DNA from: a virus
Direction: 5' to 3' (one strand)
DNA: 64,000 bases
IMG/VR virus record: IMGVR_UViG_3300049830_000285
Coordinates: 113,709 to 177,708 of that record
Shown here: piece by piece, positions 11,200 through 20,306 of the stretch
How the letters are laid out: each line of letters begins with the position of its first letter
Numbering within the stretch: position 1 is the first letter of the stretch
Made by a program: the position numbers and the translations under genes
Notes under the pieces: generated by a model
Told to the model about the DNA's origin: nothing
Databases searched by the model: none
Seen by the model: the letters and a program-made list of their open reading frames with translations, nothing else

Positions 11200-11784
11200 A
11201 TGCTTCAAATAGGTATCACTGGCGGAATTGCATGCGGAAAAAGCACAATTCTAGAACAAATCAGCTCACTTGGATACTCCGTCTTTTCATCTGACGCCGC
11301 TTTTAAGGCTATTTTTGACACCGCAGAGGTACAAGAGTGGCTGAAAGAGCAAATAACCCAACGCAAGGGAGAAGATGGCTGGAAAGAGTATCAAGAAGTT
11401 GGTAAAACCATGATTCGATATTTGGTACTAAGCGACCCACAATTTAAAACCGATTACGAAAGTTTTGTTCACCCGATGATTCGTAAAGCAATGATTGAAG
11501 CCAATGCAGATGTTTCAGAGGTTCCGTTATTATTTGAGACTAGCGGAGAGTCATGCTTTAGGCATATTTGGGTTGTGGCGTGTGACCCGGAAACTCAAAT
11601 ATCAAGATTGATGGAGCGCATGTCTTGCAATCGAGATTATGCTCTTGCTTGGATAAACAAACAAATGTCGCTTCGAGACAAAATAGAAAGAGCAACTCGT
11701 GTCATTTACACTGATGAAACGCCCGATAAGGTTTTTGAAATAGTTAAACAATCATTGGCTGAAGATTTAACAATGGTAGGTTAA
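11200..11784 (+). CDS. coaE: Dephospho-CoA kinase
   Basis: IGITGGIACGKST P-loop, EVPLLFE, QMSLRDKIERA. Confidence 0.9.
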   Translation: MLQIGITGGIACGKSTILEQISSLGYSVFSSDAAFKAIFDTAEVQEWLKEQITQRKGEDGWKEYQEVGKTMIRYLVLSDPQFKTDYESFVHPMIRKAMIEANADVSEVPLLFETSGESCFRHIWVVACDPETQISRLMERMSCNRDYALAWINKQMSLRDKIERATRVIYTDETPDKVFEIVKQSLAEDLTMVG

Positions 11785-12273
11785 GCCAAGCTCTTTGAAA
11801 ATAACTCGATTACGTTCATGGGTTTCTGCTCTGATTTTTTCAGCATTTTTAGGATAATTTTCTCCATCATTTCTGCACTCCCACAATTCTGCATGACATC
11901 GGTCACAATTTGTTCTGCACCAGCCGCCGTTTCTCCATGTGCCCTCTAAGCCACAATCTTCGCAAATTTCACCAGACTGTTTTTCCGCATCACTAATCAA
12001 AGCACTAAATTTTTTATCTACATCAACCGCGCTCGATGCATAAAATCTCAAGGTGCCAAATTTTTCCTTTACTTGCAAAACGGAATATGTTGGGTCGAGC
12101 TTAATTAATTCAATGTGTAATCTAGCTACCAATGGTAGCCATCCATCACCTACGCCGCTCCAACATGCATCATTGCCTATGTTGGGTTCTAAAAAATGTA
12201 AAGTTTTCATGTTTGCTCTAAAATATGACAATATCCTCTGGGTGGTCAACAACGATTCCGTTATCTTCTTCAA
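11767..12273 (-). CDS. Conserved phage hypothetical protein
   Basis: QVKEKFGTLRFY motif and CEDCG..CDRC Cys pairs. Confidence 0.65.
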   Translation of the reverse strand: MKKITESLLTTQRILSYFRANMKTLHFLEPNIGNDACWSGVGDGWLPLVARLHIELIKLDPTYSVLQVKEKFGTLRFYASSAVDVDKKFSALISDAEKQSGEICEDCGLEGTWRNGGWCRTNCDRCHAELWECRNDGENYPKNAEKIRAETHERNRVIFKELGLTYHC

Positions 12274-12619
12274 TTGGAATAAAATCCTGCTCTTCTGGTT
12301 CCACTGGCTTCATCACTGCTTTGGTGCGCTTCTTGGGGGTTGGTAATAATGCCGGGTCTGGAATATATCGAATATCTGTAATAGCTGATGTTGGCATTAA
12401 ATTTGTTTTGAAACTTTTTGCAATCAACTCAGCTTGCTTAATGTCAGAAAATACACCGAGTGTTCTTCCATCCCATGTTTTCACAACGTATTTATTATCT
12501 ATTTGGCAAATCTCCAAATAGATGCCCAGCGCATTGGTGGTGGCTACCTTAGTAGCATTAGACATATTTCTTGCTGTCGCAGATGTTGCGTTCCAGCCTC
12601 TTGGATTTACTTTTCTCAT
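12218..12619 (-). CDS. Hypothetical protein
   Basis: Start reassigned to MRKVNP, directly after the stop of the upstream ORF. Confidence 0.5.
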   Translation of the reverse strand: MRKVNPRGWNATSATARNMSNATKVATTNALGIYLEICQIDNKYVVKTWDGRTLGVFSDIKQAELIAKSFKTNLMPTSAITDIRYIPDPALLPTPKKRTKAVMKPVEPEEQDFIPIEEDNGIVVDHPEDIVIF

Positions 12620-12621
12620 TA

Positions 12622-12930
12622 TTATGCCACAGTTGTAGTATTCGCCCAAGCTCCAGCAAAGAACATAGCCCCGACTCCGGTTGTTGTGCTTGCACTCACC
12701 ATTGTAATCGTCATAGATGTTGTTGTACAAGCTGTGTGAGTGACAGCGTATGTGTTGCCATTTCGCTGCGCCCATCTGTCATCTGTAATAATACCATCTT
12801 TAACAACGCGACAGTGTTCATGATTGCAATTCGGACAGTTTAAAACATGATTGCCGTTAAGCTCCATATCAATTTCGAACTGTACGTATTTATCACAATT
12901 GTGACACCAAAGCTCTTGCTTCTCATTCAT
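12622..12930 (-). CDS. Small Cys/His-rich (Zn-binding) protein
   Basis: CHNC..CPNC..HC; start 7 nt after TATACT. Confidence 0.6.
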   Translation of the reverse strand: MNEKQELWCHNCDKYVQFEIDMELNGNHVLNCPNCNHEHCRVVKDGIITDDRWAQRNGNTYAVTHTACTTTSMTITMVSASTTTGVGAMFFAGAWANTTTVA

Positions 12931-12976
12931 ACACAAAAGTATAGCACATAATGAGGAAAAACGAGTAAGCATTCGC

Positions 12977-13771
12977 TTACTCGTTTGCGGTTAGTTCATG
13001 CATTCTAGATTTACGCCTCGCGTCACAATCTATATGCCTTTCTACATTCCAGTGCTCTGGAAGATACTGCGGATTCATAACACTCACAAAATGTTCTCTC
13101 CACATTTTGGTGAACTCATTATAGTCCTGAATATTACTTACTGCTTCTTTCCAAACAGCAGCGGAATGGTATCCGCCGAATCGCTCATTTGCCAACTGTG
13201 CCACAATATCATCATTGAAGTCACCAGCATACTCTTCAATACGCAACATTAATCGCAGCGCACTGTCATCGGGAATTTTGTCAGCATATCTAATCAAAGT
13301 CTTTGCTGCTTTAATTGCTCGAATATGAGTAACATCCTCTTCTTCCATTGATGTTACATTGGTGCCGCATACTAACTTCTTTTTCAATTCGGTAGCATGT
13401 ACTTCATATAATTCGTGACAATCACGACATACCAATAAGACATCATGCGAATCATATCGCTTAAGATACGAAGGGAAGTGCTTTCGAAAACATCTGGGTA
13501 AAGCGTGATGCTTGGTTAAATCACTCTGAATTCCACAAACAACACAAACATTTTCTTTTTCAGCAAGATAGTAGTCGTCGTTGTAATTTCCTAATCCATT
13601 AGGTTCAAACAAAAGCTGAATTGTATGCGGGTCAGAGCTAACAACTTTTGCAAGCCCCCTTTCAACATACCAATCCACCCTTTTCTTGCCCATTCTGCAC
13701 ATGAAAACTCCCTCAGGAGATAACATTTTGCAATTTGAGTAAGCAGGCGTTCTCAACGTCTGTAAATGCAC
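12977..13771 (-). CDS. HNH-like nuclease domain resembling the C-terminal domain of eukaryotic EXD2
   Basis: YSNCKMLSPEG..WYVERGLA..CVVCG..LTKHHALP..SHDVLLVCRDCH. Confidence 0.7.
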   Translation of the reverse strand: MHLQTLRTPAYSNCKMLSPEGVFMCRMGKKRVDWYVERGLAKVVSSDPHTIQLLFEPNGLGNYNDDYYLAEKENVCVVCGIQSDLTKHHALPRCFRKHFPSYLKRYDSHDVLLVCRDCHELYEVHATELKKKLVCGTNVTSMEEEDVTHIRAIKAAKTLIRYADKIPDDSALRLMLRIEEYAGDFNDDIVAQLANERFGGYHSAAVWKEAVSNIQDYNEFTKMWREHFVSVMNPQYLPEHWNVERHIDCDARRKSRMHELTANE

Positions 13772-13792
13772 GATAACTCATTATATCCAAAT

Positions 13793-14440
13793 TTATTTGT
13801 TTTTTCGCTTGTTTGTTGCAGAAGCTGCTTTCTTTTTCTTTTTTATTGCGACAGAACGTGCAGATTGGGCAGAAGGAATTTTTGCTTTTATGTCTGCTTT
13901 TGTAGTTTCCAGCTTTGCTTTTTGTGCTGGAGTGGCACTTTTTCGCAATCCACTTGTTTGCTCGGGTGGGTTTTCAGCCTTGTCTTTAAACTCAGCCATT
14001 GTTTCTTTGCTGTCAGCAATGTCTTGCGCATCTTTTAATTTTCCAACCAAACTATTTGCTTCTCCAGCAAAATTGCCAATTACTTTCTTGTGAGCATCCG
14101 TTACCATTCCATGAAGCATGGCATCTCGCGTGACTTGCTTTAGTTCCTCGGAAGGCGGCTTGGCATTTCCATCACTAATCATTCGACGCGCTTCATCAGT
14201 GGACACAAAGAGTAAGCCGCTGACTTGATGACCATAAACAGGTGGTTCTGGCGGCGCAGTTGGTCGAGCGGGCATAACATCTGGTGTTTTTAGCGTTACA
14301 ACACCAGTTTCACGTGTGGCTGGAATTAAGACACTTTTTTGCGGAGCAGATTCGATGCGCATACTGCCCTGTTGTAACCAGCCGAATGACGTAATTTTAT
14401 TCAGAATTCTTTTGAATACGTTCATATTTTTCTTGTACAT
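13793..14440 (-). CDS. Hypothetical protein with basic tail
   Basis: 215-aa ORF in operon order. Confidence 0.55.
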   Translation of the reverse strand: MYKKNMNVFKRILNKITSFGWLQQGSMRIESAPQKSVLIPATRETGVVTLKTPDVMPARPTAPPEPPVYGHQVSGLLFVSTDEARRMISDGNAKPPSEELKQVTRDAMLHGMVTDAHKKVIGNFAGEANSLVGKLKDAQDIADSKETMAEFKDKAENPPEQTSGLRKSATPAQKAKLETTKADIKAKIPSAQSARSVAIKKKKKAASATNKRKNK

Positions 14441-14783
14441 TTTTTTGATAGGTTTTTCCAGTTTCGGTTAAAAAATGTAATCCAAGAAATGCCATAGTTC
14501 CAATAACAGCGGCTAAGACTAATCCCGTTCTTAATCCATTCCAAATTAAATCCGATGTACTCAACTGTCCACTCCAGCTAATAGCGGCATGATTGGTTTT
14601 ACTTGTGTCTAGTACATATTCTACTGGTACCCATCCGAGAGTGCTTCCACGCCACACATATGTCCAATTGCGAGTTTTACCTTCGCAGCAGTAACAAATA
14701 TGATTGCTGCGAAAATGGGCATTACCCATAGGACATTCTCGATAGAGAAATGGAAGAAATTTTACTTTCCAATCTTTGTTCAT
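14397..14783 (-). CDS. Hypothetical membrane protein
   Basis: One hydrophobic segment, GLVLAAVIGTMAFLGL. Confidence 0.55.
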   Translation of the reverse strand: MNKDWKVKFLPFLYRECPMGNAHFRSNHICYCCEGKTRNWTYVWRGSTLGWVPVEYVLDTSKTNHAAISWSGQLSTSDLIWNGLRTGLVLAAVIGTMAFLGLHFLTETGKTYQKNVQEKYERIQKNSE

Positions 14784-15376
14784 AAATTACACTCCTTAAG
14801 CGCAGGGTCGTTCGTTAAAAGCATGGCAATCACAAAAGCGTGACCCATTTTTTTCTTGGGATTATTCAACACGTCTCGCAGCGTATTCCCCAAATCGTTG
14901 TACATGTATCCGTCAAAATCTCGCAAAGCTATATCTTGACCGCCTTCATGGAGTAATTCCAGTTCTTTGTAAGCGGCAGTTTGTACGACGCGCTCAGCAT
15001 ATAAAGGCGCATAGATTTTCTTTCTTGCTTCGATGTAATCTAAGGGTTCACCGTCCCACCAAGAAAACAATGGCTTAGCGCCTCTGCCCATCGGATATCG
15101 GTCTGCCCATTTTTTACTCCAACCCGTTTTTGCCCATTCAAAATATTCGTCAGTTGGCATATTATTGTCATCAACTTGACTTGCATAAACTTTTGAATAT
15201 TGCCATGCATTTTCCATGTTGAGGCTAGCATAATCATCATACAATTTGCAAGGCCCAAGTTTAAATGGACTTAGAGCTTGAAATTGATTGGTTGAACGAC
15301 TTGTTGTATTAACCTCAAGCGCACCATTTGGCACTGTGTCATACATAGATAATACGTAAATCATGCTTGCTCCCAA
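14780..15376 (-). CDS. Conserved phage/giant-virus hypothetical protein
   Basis: LSPF..ENAWQYSKVY..DYIEARKKIY motif set. Confidence 0.6.
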   Translation of the reverse strand: MGASMIYVLSMYDTVPNGALEVNTTSRSTNQFQALSPFKLGPCKLYDDYASLNMENAWQYSKVYASQVDDNNMPTDEYFEWAKTGWSKKWADRYPMGRGAKPLFSWWDGEPLDYIEARKKIYAPLYAERVVQTAAYKELELLHEGGQDIALRDFDGYMYNDLGNTLRDVLNNPKKKMGHAFVIAMLLTNDPALKECNL

Positions 15377-16209
15377 TATGCATCTATGAGGTTGGATAGC
15401 AATGTCGCCACCGTCATTGGGCCAACTCCACCGGGAACTGGTGTGATGTAGCTCGCCTTGGGAAAAACTTCATCATATCGAATGTCACCCACGGCAACAT
15501 CATTAACTATGGCGTAACCACAATCAACGGCAACAACTCCATCCTTTAAATCAGCGCCTCGAATTAATCCCGGTACACCAGTCGCAGAAATAACAATATC
15601 TGCGTTAGCTAAAAGCTCTGGCATGTTTTTGGTGTACTTGTGAGTTATGGACACTGTTGCATCGCGCTCAATCATCATTAACGCCATTGGTCTACCTAAG
15701 ATAATGCTACAGCCCACGACAACAACATTAGCTCCTCGCAATGGAATGTTATAGTTGTCGAGTAAACGAATTATTCCAAGAGGCGTAGCGGCTCGATGAC
15801 CTTTCATTCGACTTGCAAGCAATCCCACTGAAAGCGGCGAAATACCATCCACGTCTTTTGAAACTTTAACAGTGGACAAAATTTGAGATTCATCTATAAA
15901 AGATGGCAATGGGTGCTGTACCAAAATACCATGAACGCCATGGTCTTCGTTTAAGCGATGCACTAATTCAAACAATTCAACCTGAGTTGTATTTTCGTTG
16001 ACAAAATAAGCTTCACTTTCAGCGCCAATTTGAGCCGCCCATTTGCGTTTCATTTTAACATAAGAAAGGCTCGGCGCATCTTGCCCTGCGACAATCACTG
16101 CTAATTTTGGCTTGACTGGCATTGTGTCAACTTGCAATTTAAGTTGTTCTAATGTCGATTTCGCGAGAGATTTTCCATCAAGTAAAGTGCATTCAGCCTG
16201 CGAGGTCAT
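15361..16209 (-). CDS. folD: Bifunctional methylenetetrahydrofolate dehydrogenase/cyclohydrolase
   Basis: YVKMK, GILVQHPLP, KDVDG, TPLG, TPVPGGVGPMT. Confidence 0.95.
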   Translation of the reverse strand: MTSQAECTLLDGKSLAKSTLEQLKLQVDTMPVKPKLAVIVAGQDAPSLSYVKMKRKWAAQIGAESEAYFVNENTTQVELFELVHRLNEDHGVHGILVQHPLPSFIDESQILSTVKVSKDVDGISPLSVGLLASRMKGHRAATPLGIIRLLDNYNIPLRGANVVVVGCSIILGRPMALMMIERDATVSITHKYTKNMPELLANADIVISATGVPGLIRGADLKDGVVAVDCGYAIVNDVAVGDIRYDEVFPKASYITPVPGGVGPMTVATLLSNLIDAYWEQA

Positions 16210-16397
16210 GAATCAAGTATACCACTAAGTTGCTTTTTTGAGGATTTTAGGAGCGACTTAATTGCGCAGCCACCAATCTAGGCCTTTATCCACTGTTTTT
16301 TTGCTGCTAGTCGCTCCTGGTTGGTGATATGGACTTAATGTCGAATATCATGTAATTGCAGCACAACGGACATTAATATTATACGTTATCTTAAGAA

Positions 16398-16628
16398 AAG
16401 GTGTTACAGTTGAGCTTGCCCGCCGTTCTGCTTTATGTCATCATTTGTCTATTGGCCCCTAAACCATCCCATTATAGTGTCACGCTCGCACTAGGGAAAT
16501 TCGGGTTGCATACATCCTCCGTGGTACAAGCGACGAATCTCCCACGTTACGTGAATATGCGGCGAAGTTTCTCACCATGTCTCATTAGATTGAGGTTAGT
16601 GCGATGACTTCTCTGACTGTAACATCTT
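16398..16628 (-). ncRNA. rnpB: Compact RNase P RNA (rnpB-like)
   Basis: P1 16616-16628/16398-16410; P2 GUCAUC/GAUGAC; P3 hairpin; P4 CU*UCGCCG/CGGCGGG with bulged U; GAGAAACUUC and AGACAAAUGA..GCAGAACGGCGGG conserved-region matches; TATAAT immediately upstream. Confidence 0.8.
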
Positions 16629-16693
16629 ATTATATCCATAAAAGAAAGGTAATGAGGAAAAACCATCAGAAATTGTAAAACAAAGGTATCGTC

Positions 16694-17266
16694 ATGCATA
16701 AAAAATTAGTTTTAGCAAATTTAGCGGCTGTTGCCAATAGACTAGATGAGCGCGGTATTCATGATGGTGCTGATGCTCTTACACAAGTAATGCAGCGCAT
16801 TTCTCAAAACGCATGGTGGCAAAACGATGCTGGCGAGCCAATGTATAGCCCAGAAGCCATTCGCTCCGAAGAAAGAGCTGATAGCGAACGCGAATATGAC
16901 CAAGACCCAGGGGATTATAATTCACGACATGATTTTGAAGAAGAAGAGCCAGCTTTAAAGTCACCATCTCCTCATTTACTTCAAGCAATTCAACAAATTA
17001 TGGGCACACCACCGGGCACTCCGTATGTGAAAGGCTATGTTTGGGGCCCGTTAACAGATGAGGTTGCATTTGAAAATCGCGAAGATTTAATGAAAGTTGT
17101 GGATTGGCTATATCAACATCAAGAATTCAACAACGAGTGGGACGGCTACCGAGAACAGCCACCGAAAATTACAATGCCAGAAGATACCGCCGATTCTGAG
17201 CATCAAATGCAGCCAGAAAGAGAGGATTTCGGGCATTTTGGTGATGAAAGATTAATGGGTGAATAA
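16694..17266 (+). CDS. Acidic hypothetical protein with conserved N-terminal module (paralog 1)
   Basis: N-terminus KKLVLANLAAVANRLDERG..ADALTQVMQRISQ. Confidence 0.7.
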   Translation: MHKKLVLANLAAVANRLDERGIHDGADALTQVMQRISQNAWWQNDAGEPMYSPEAIRSEERADSEREYDQDPGDYNSRHDFEEEEPALKSPSPHLLQAIQQIMGTPPGTPYVKGYVWGPLTDEVAFENREDLMKVVDWLYQHQEFNNEWDGYREQPPKITMPEDTADSEHQMQPEREDFGHFGDERLMGE

Positions 17267-17798
17267 TATGAATAAGAAACAAGTTTTAGCAAGTCTGGTG
17301 AAAATAGCCAATGAATTTGATAATCAAGGCGAATTTGAATTCGCAGATATTTTGACACAAGTTGGTGTGAGAATCGCACAATGGGATGACGAGGGATTCG
17401 GTGGCGGCGACCATGAGCGATATGAAGACGAACTCGGCAACCATGAAATGAATGAACTAACGCGAGACCATTGGCTTGACGACCATGATGAGCCAGAAGA
17501 GGAAGAAGGCTCTTTCTATCGTGATATAGATTCTGCTGTAAGTGATATTCATTCTCAACAAGTTGCTGGCATGAATGAAACATTTTATGTTTTTCAAAAC
17601 GACGAAGGCCTTCTCTACGCTGTACCAGATTCCACTCATACACAATCGCATGACCAGTTTGTTAAAGCAGTCCCAGCAATGACAAAAGAAGAACTTGCTG
17701 CTTATGTGGATTACCAACGGCAGCAATATGAAGACATTCCTGGAGAAACACCACTTGGTATGGAACTTGATGACCCACATGACCCAATGGATTATTAA
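17259..17798 (+). CDS. Acidic hypothetical protein with conserved N-terminal module (paralog 2)
   Basis: N-terminus KKQVLASLVKIANEFDNQG..ADILTQVGVRIAQ. Confidence 0.7.
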   Translation: MNNMNKKQVLASLVKIANEFDNQGEFEFADILTQVGVRIAQWDDEGFGGGDHERYEDELGNHEMNELTRDHWLDDHDEPEEEEGSFYRDIDSAVSDIHSQQVAGMNETFYVFQNDEGLLYAVPDSTHTQSHDQFVKAVPAMTKEELAAYVDYQRQQYEDIPGETPLGMELDDPHDPMDY

Positions 17799-17799
17799 C

Positions 17800-17826
17800 A
17801 AAAAAGCGGCTTTAAGCCGCTTTTTT
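17800..17826. terminator. Bidirectional intrinsic terminator
   Basis: aaaaagcggc-ttaa-gccgcttttt between convergent genes. Confidence 0.8.
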
Positions 17827-17827
17827 G

Positions 17828-18226
17828 TTATGCCTTGATACCTGGCAAACTCATATCTGGCTCTTTGCCAGCAAGTTTGTCTTGATATCGCTGCTCATCA
17901 ATCATGTGAATGTATCCCTCTGGACTTTGGCCAGGTGGTAAAACAACAATATTTTTAAATCCATTGTCTTCTGTGATAAGAGAATCAGATGGATGAATTG
18001 CGCCCTTGTAGGTTTCACCATAATTGCCCTCTACTTTTCCAGTAGCAGGATTGATGTCACCAAACTTTCGCTTGGTACCTTTGTCAAGAGGTTCAATGTA
18101 ATATTTATAACCAGTCTTGAAGGAGCGCACCATAAACCTTCCGGTGTGGTCTCTGTCTTCGAAGAATAGTTTGTCAAATTCCTTTCTGTCCATTTTCTTA
18201 TCCTTTTTGGGGCGTTTCCGCCCCAA
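17828..18226 (-). CDS. Hypothetical protein
   Basis: 132-aa ORF following the AlaRS-like gene. Confidence 0.6.
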   Translation of the reverse strand: MGRKRPKKDKKMDRKEFDKLFFEDRDHTGRFMVRSFKTGYKYYIEPLDKGTKRKFGDINPATGKVEGNYGETYKGAIHPSDSLITEDNGFKNIVVLPPGQSPEGYIHMIDEQRYQDKLAGKEPDMSLPGIKA

Positions 18227-18228
18227 AT

Positions 18229-19059
18229 CTATATTTCCTCAGAAAGAAATTCTTCAATCTCCTTCTGAGTCAAACCGAGAGAGCTGTGCCAATATTCGTA
18301 TGGCTTTTTGTGGAATGAATTCCTATAGCGTTCGAGAGTATACCTCTTTTGACGTATTAATTCCCGTTCCCTTTCCACCCAATATTCCACTTCTGGCTGC
18401 AATGTTTCTTCCAAGTACGGCAACATGCGTCGAATAAGGTCTTTGCAGACGTTATACCGACCTTTATTACCAGGCCTTATCTGTTGTTCCAGAAGATGTG
18501 TCACCGAGCGCACATGGTCTCGCACAATCGGATGCCAGTCTTGGTTGAAAAGAGAAGTCTCATCGACTCTACTCTTACCCTCCATAACTTGCACAAGCCG
18601 CTCAAGCCCGAATCCAACATCAACTGAGTGTTCCAAAGGATTCACAAGATTTCCAATTTCTAAGTCATTGACAAAAAGTTCGCAGCAATAGCCGCCAATC
18701 TCTCCGTCTGACCAAGTACATTCTTCATCTGGGACTGTGTTATAGCCAAAGCTATCCCATAGTTTTTTGTGATGCAATTGAGTTGGGTGAACAGTAACAT
18801 GTGTGACAGGAATGTTTAATTCACTGATAATGTTATGCCACATTTCTACAGATTTGTGATAATCGTAGTTCCCGAAAGAAAAAGAACCAAGCATCTCGAA
18901 ATACGTGAGATGAGTTCCGTCGCCCACTAAATCCACGTCAATCGTTCGCAAACATGATTGTAAGCTCGAATGATGACTATTATCTGGATTGTGGAATTTT
19001 GGCTTCACCACTTGCATTCCGCTACATGTAAATAGCGTAGTGTCGTCTGGTGGAAGCAA
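18229..19059 (-). CDS. Truncated alanyl-tRNA synthetase-like protein (catalytic N-terminal core only)
   Basis: LFTCSGMQ, QSCLRTID..VGDGTHLTYFEMLGSFSFGNY, EIGNLV, VDVGFGLERL; no editing or C-Ala domains. Confidence 0.85.
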   Translation of the reverse strand: MLPPDDTTLFTCSGMQVVKPKFHNPDNSHHSSLQSCLRTIDVDLVGDGTHLTYFEMLGSFSFGNYDYHKSVEMWHNIISELNIPVTHVTVHPTQLHHKKLWDSFGYNTVPDEECTWSDGEIGGYCCELFVNDLEIGNLVNPLEHSVDVGFGLERLVQVMEGKSRVDETSLFNQDWHPIVRDHVRSVTHLLEQQIRPGNKGRYNVCKDLIRRMLPYLEETLQPEVEYWVERERELIRQKRYTLERYRNSFHKKPYEYWHSSLGLTQKEIEEFLSEEI

Positions 19060-19203
19060 TTGTTCATTTACGTCAAGTTTGGGAAATCCAAACTCTACAA
19101 GTTGTCGATTTACTGTGTCTATTAAGCGTCCCGCGTGTTCATGTTCGTTATCCTCCTTCCTTTCATATCTTTACGATATGAAAGCTGTGCATATTGCACA
19201 AAT

Positions 19204-19428
19204 CTATTGTACCACGATTCTGTTTATTGCGTGGTCATTTATGACAGCAAATCCAACTTCTTCATATACCATCCAACCAAGTCTCAGTCTTTTAGGGTCA
19301 TCTGCTGGAAGAACAGTTAGTTTTTGTTTTATTGGTTTTACTTCAGGTGTCTTTTTGAACAAACCAAATGGAAGAAGCGCCAGTAAGAATGCGCCCGAGG
19401 TTGATTGTAGAAATTCTCGCCTGTTCAT
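19204..19428 (-). CDS. Tat-like signal fused to a capsid-protein C-terminal-like segment
   Basis: MNRREFLQ + hydrophobic stretch; ADDPKRLRLGWMVYEEVGFAVIN. Confidence 0.55.
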   Translation of the reverse strand: MNRREFLQSTSGAFLLALLPFGLFKKTPEVKPIKQKLTVLPADDPKRLRLGWMVYEEVGFAVINDHAINRIVVQ

Positions 19429-19429
19429 A

Positions 19430-19696
19430 TCAATCTCGATGTAATACGCACATTTTGCCCTGAGGAACGGCAGTAGCTACGTGAACGGTTATATCTTTAT
19501 CTCGAAAATAAGCATATATGTGCTTATCTACGATGTCTTTCCACGAAGCTTCATCTATCAAACCACTTCCGCGTAATTCTTTATAGTCTTTGGGATGGAT
19601 GACAATATCGACTCTATCTGACAATTTGTAGACGCCGTTGAAATTGACCATTTCTCCTTTTAAAATTTCTTTAACATGTTTTTTCATGATGCTCAC
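19430..19696 (-). CDS. Small protein resembling the middle segment of a capsid-like protein
   Basis: IVIHPKDY..VHVATAVPQG parallels LIIHPKTY..IHVSTHVPEN in 54754-55986. Confidence 0.5.
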   Translation of the reverse strand: MSIMKKHVKEILKGEMVNFNGVYKLSDRVDIVIHPKDYKELRGSGLIDEASWKDIVDKHIYAYFRDKDITVHVATAVPQGKMCVLHRD

Positions 19697-19962
19697 TTTT
19701 CGGTTAAAAGTTTCTTACCAACAGTGTTGTACATTAATCCGCAGACTAACGGAGCAGTCATGGCTTCAGCAAGTGCTTTTCTGCCCTCTGAAATATCAAG
19801 TGCTTTGGCTATAATAGCTTCTCTTTGAGCTTGAATCTCTTCCCTTGTTAGAGGGACGGGCTTCTTTAAAACAACAGGTTCTGGCTGCTTAAATAAACTG
19901 CTTGATATAAGGGTGCCGACAAGAGCACCGAATATGCCTTGTAAAAGTGTTCTGCGGGTCAT
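19693..19962 (-). CDS. Tat-like signal fused to a capsid-protein N-terminal-like segment
   Basis: MTRRTLLQ; IIAKALDISEGRKALAEAMTAPL parallels LIAEALSCDEGHFALAVNIAEPI in 54754-55986. Confidence 0.55.
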   Translation of the reverse strand: MTRRTLLQGIFGALVGTLISSSLFKQPEPVVLKKPVPLTREEIQAQREAIIAKALDISEGRKALAEAMTAPLVCGLMYNTVGKKLLTEK

Positions 19963-20015
19963 TAAATTATTATACTACTTTCCTCATGATATTGTCATCC
20001 GAGTATAATACAATA

Positions 20016-20306
20016 ATGTGTGAAGTGTATATTTGTGAATTGTGCTTGAGAGAAGTGTCTGAAACGACAGTCCATCATTTAATTCCGCAATCAGAGGCTA
20101 AAAGAAACAAGCTAAAGCCAATTGAGCTGCCAACGGCTAATCTATGTCGTCAATGCCATAAAAAGCTTCATTCGCTCTATTCTAACCGATTGTTGGGCGA
20201 CGAGTTAAACACTGTCGAAATCATTAGAGGGCAAGAAGCAATCCAGAAGTATCTTGTTTGGGTGAACAAGATACCTGGTACGCAAGTACATAAAGAGCGA
20301 CGTTAA
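20016..20306 (+). CDS. Small HNH endonuclease
   Basis: CELC..HHLIP..NLCRQCHKKLH; leaderless start after TATAAT. Confidence 0.75.
   Translation: MCEVYICELCLREVSETTVHHLIPQSEAKRNKLKPIELPTANLCRQCHKKLHSLYSNRLLGDELNTVEIIRGQEAIQKYLVWVNKIPGTQVHKERR

Noticed and set aside
16249-16340. ZMP/ZTP or THF riboswitch upstream of folD (GGAGCGAC seen)
   Set aside because: The conserved GACUGGCG and the pseudoknot partner are absent; kept only as an unassigned structured element.
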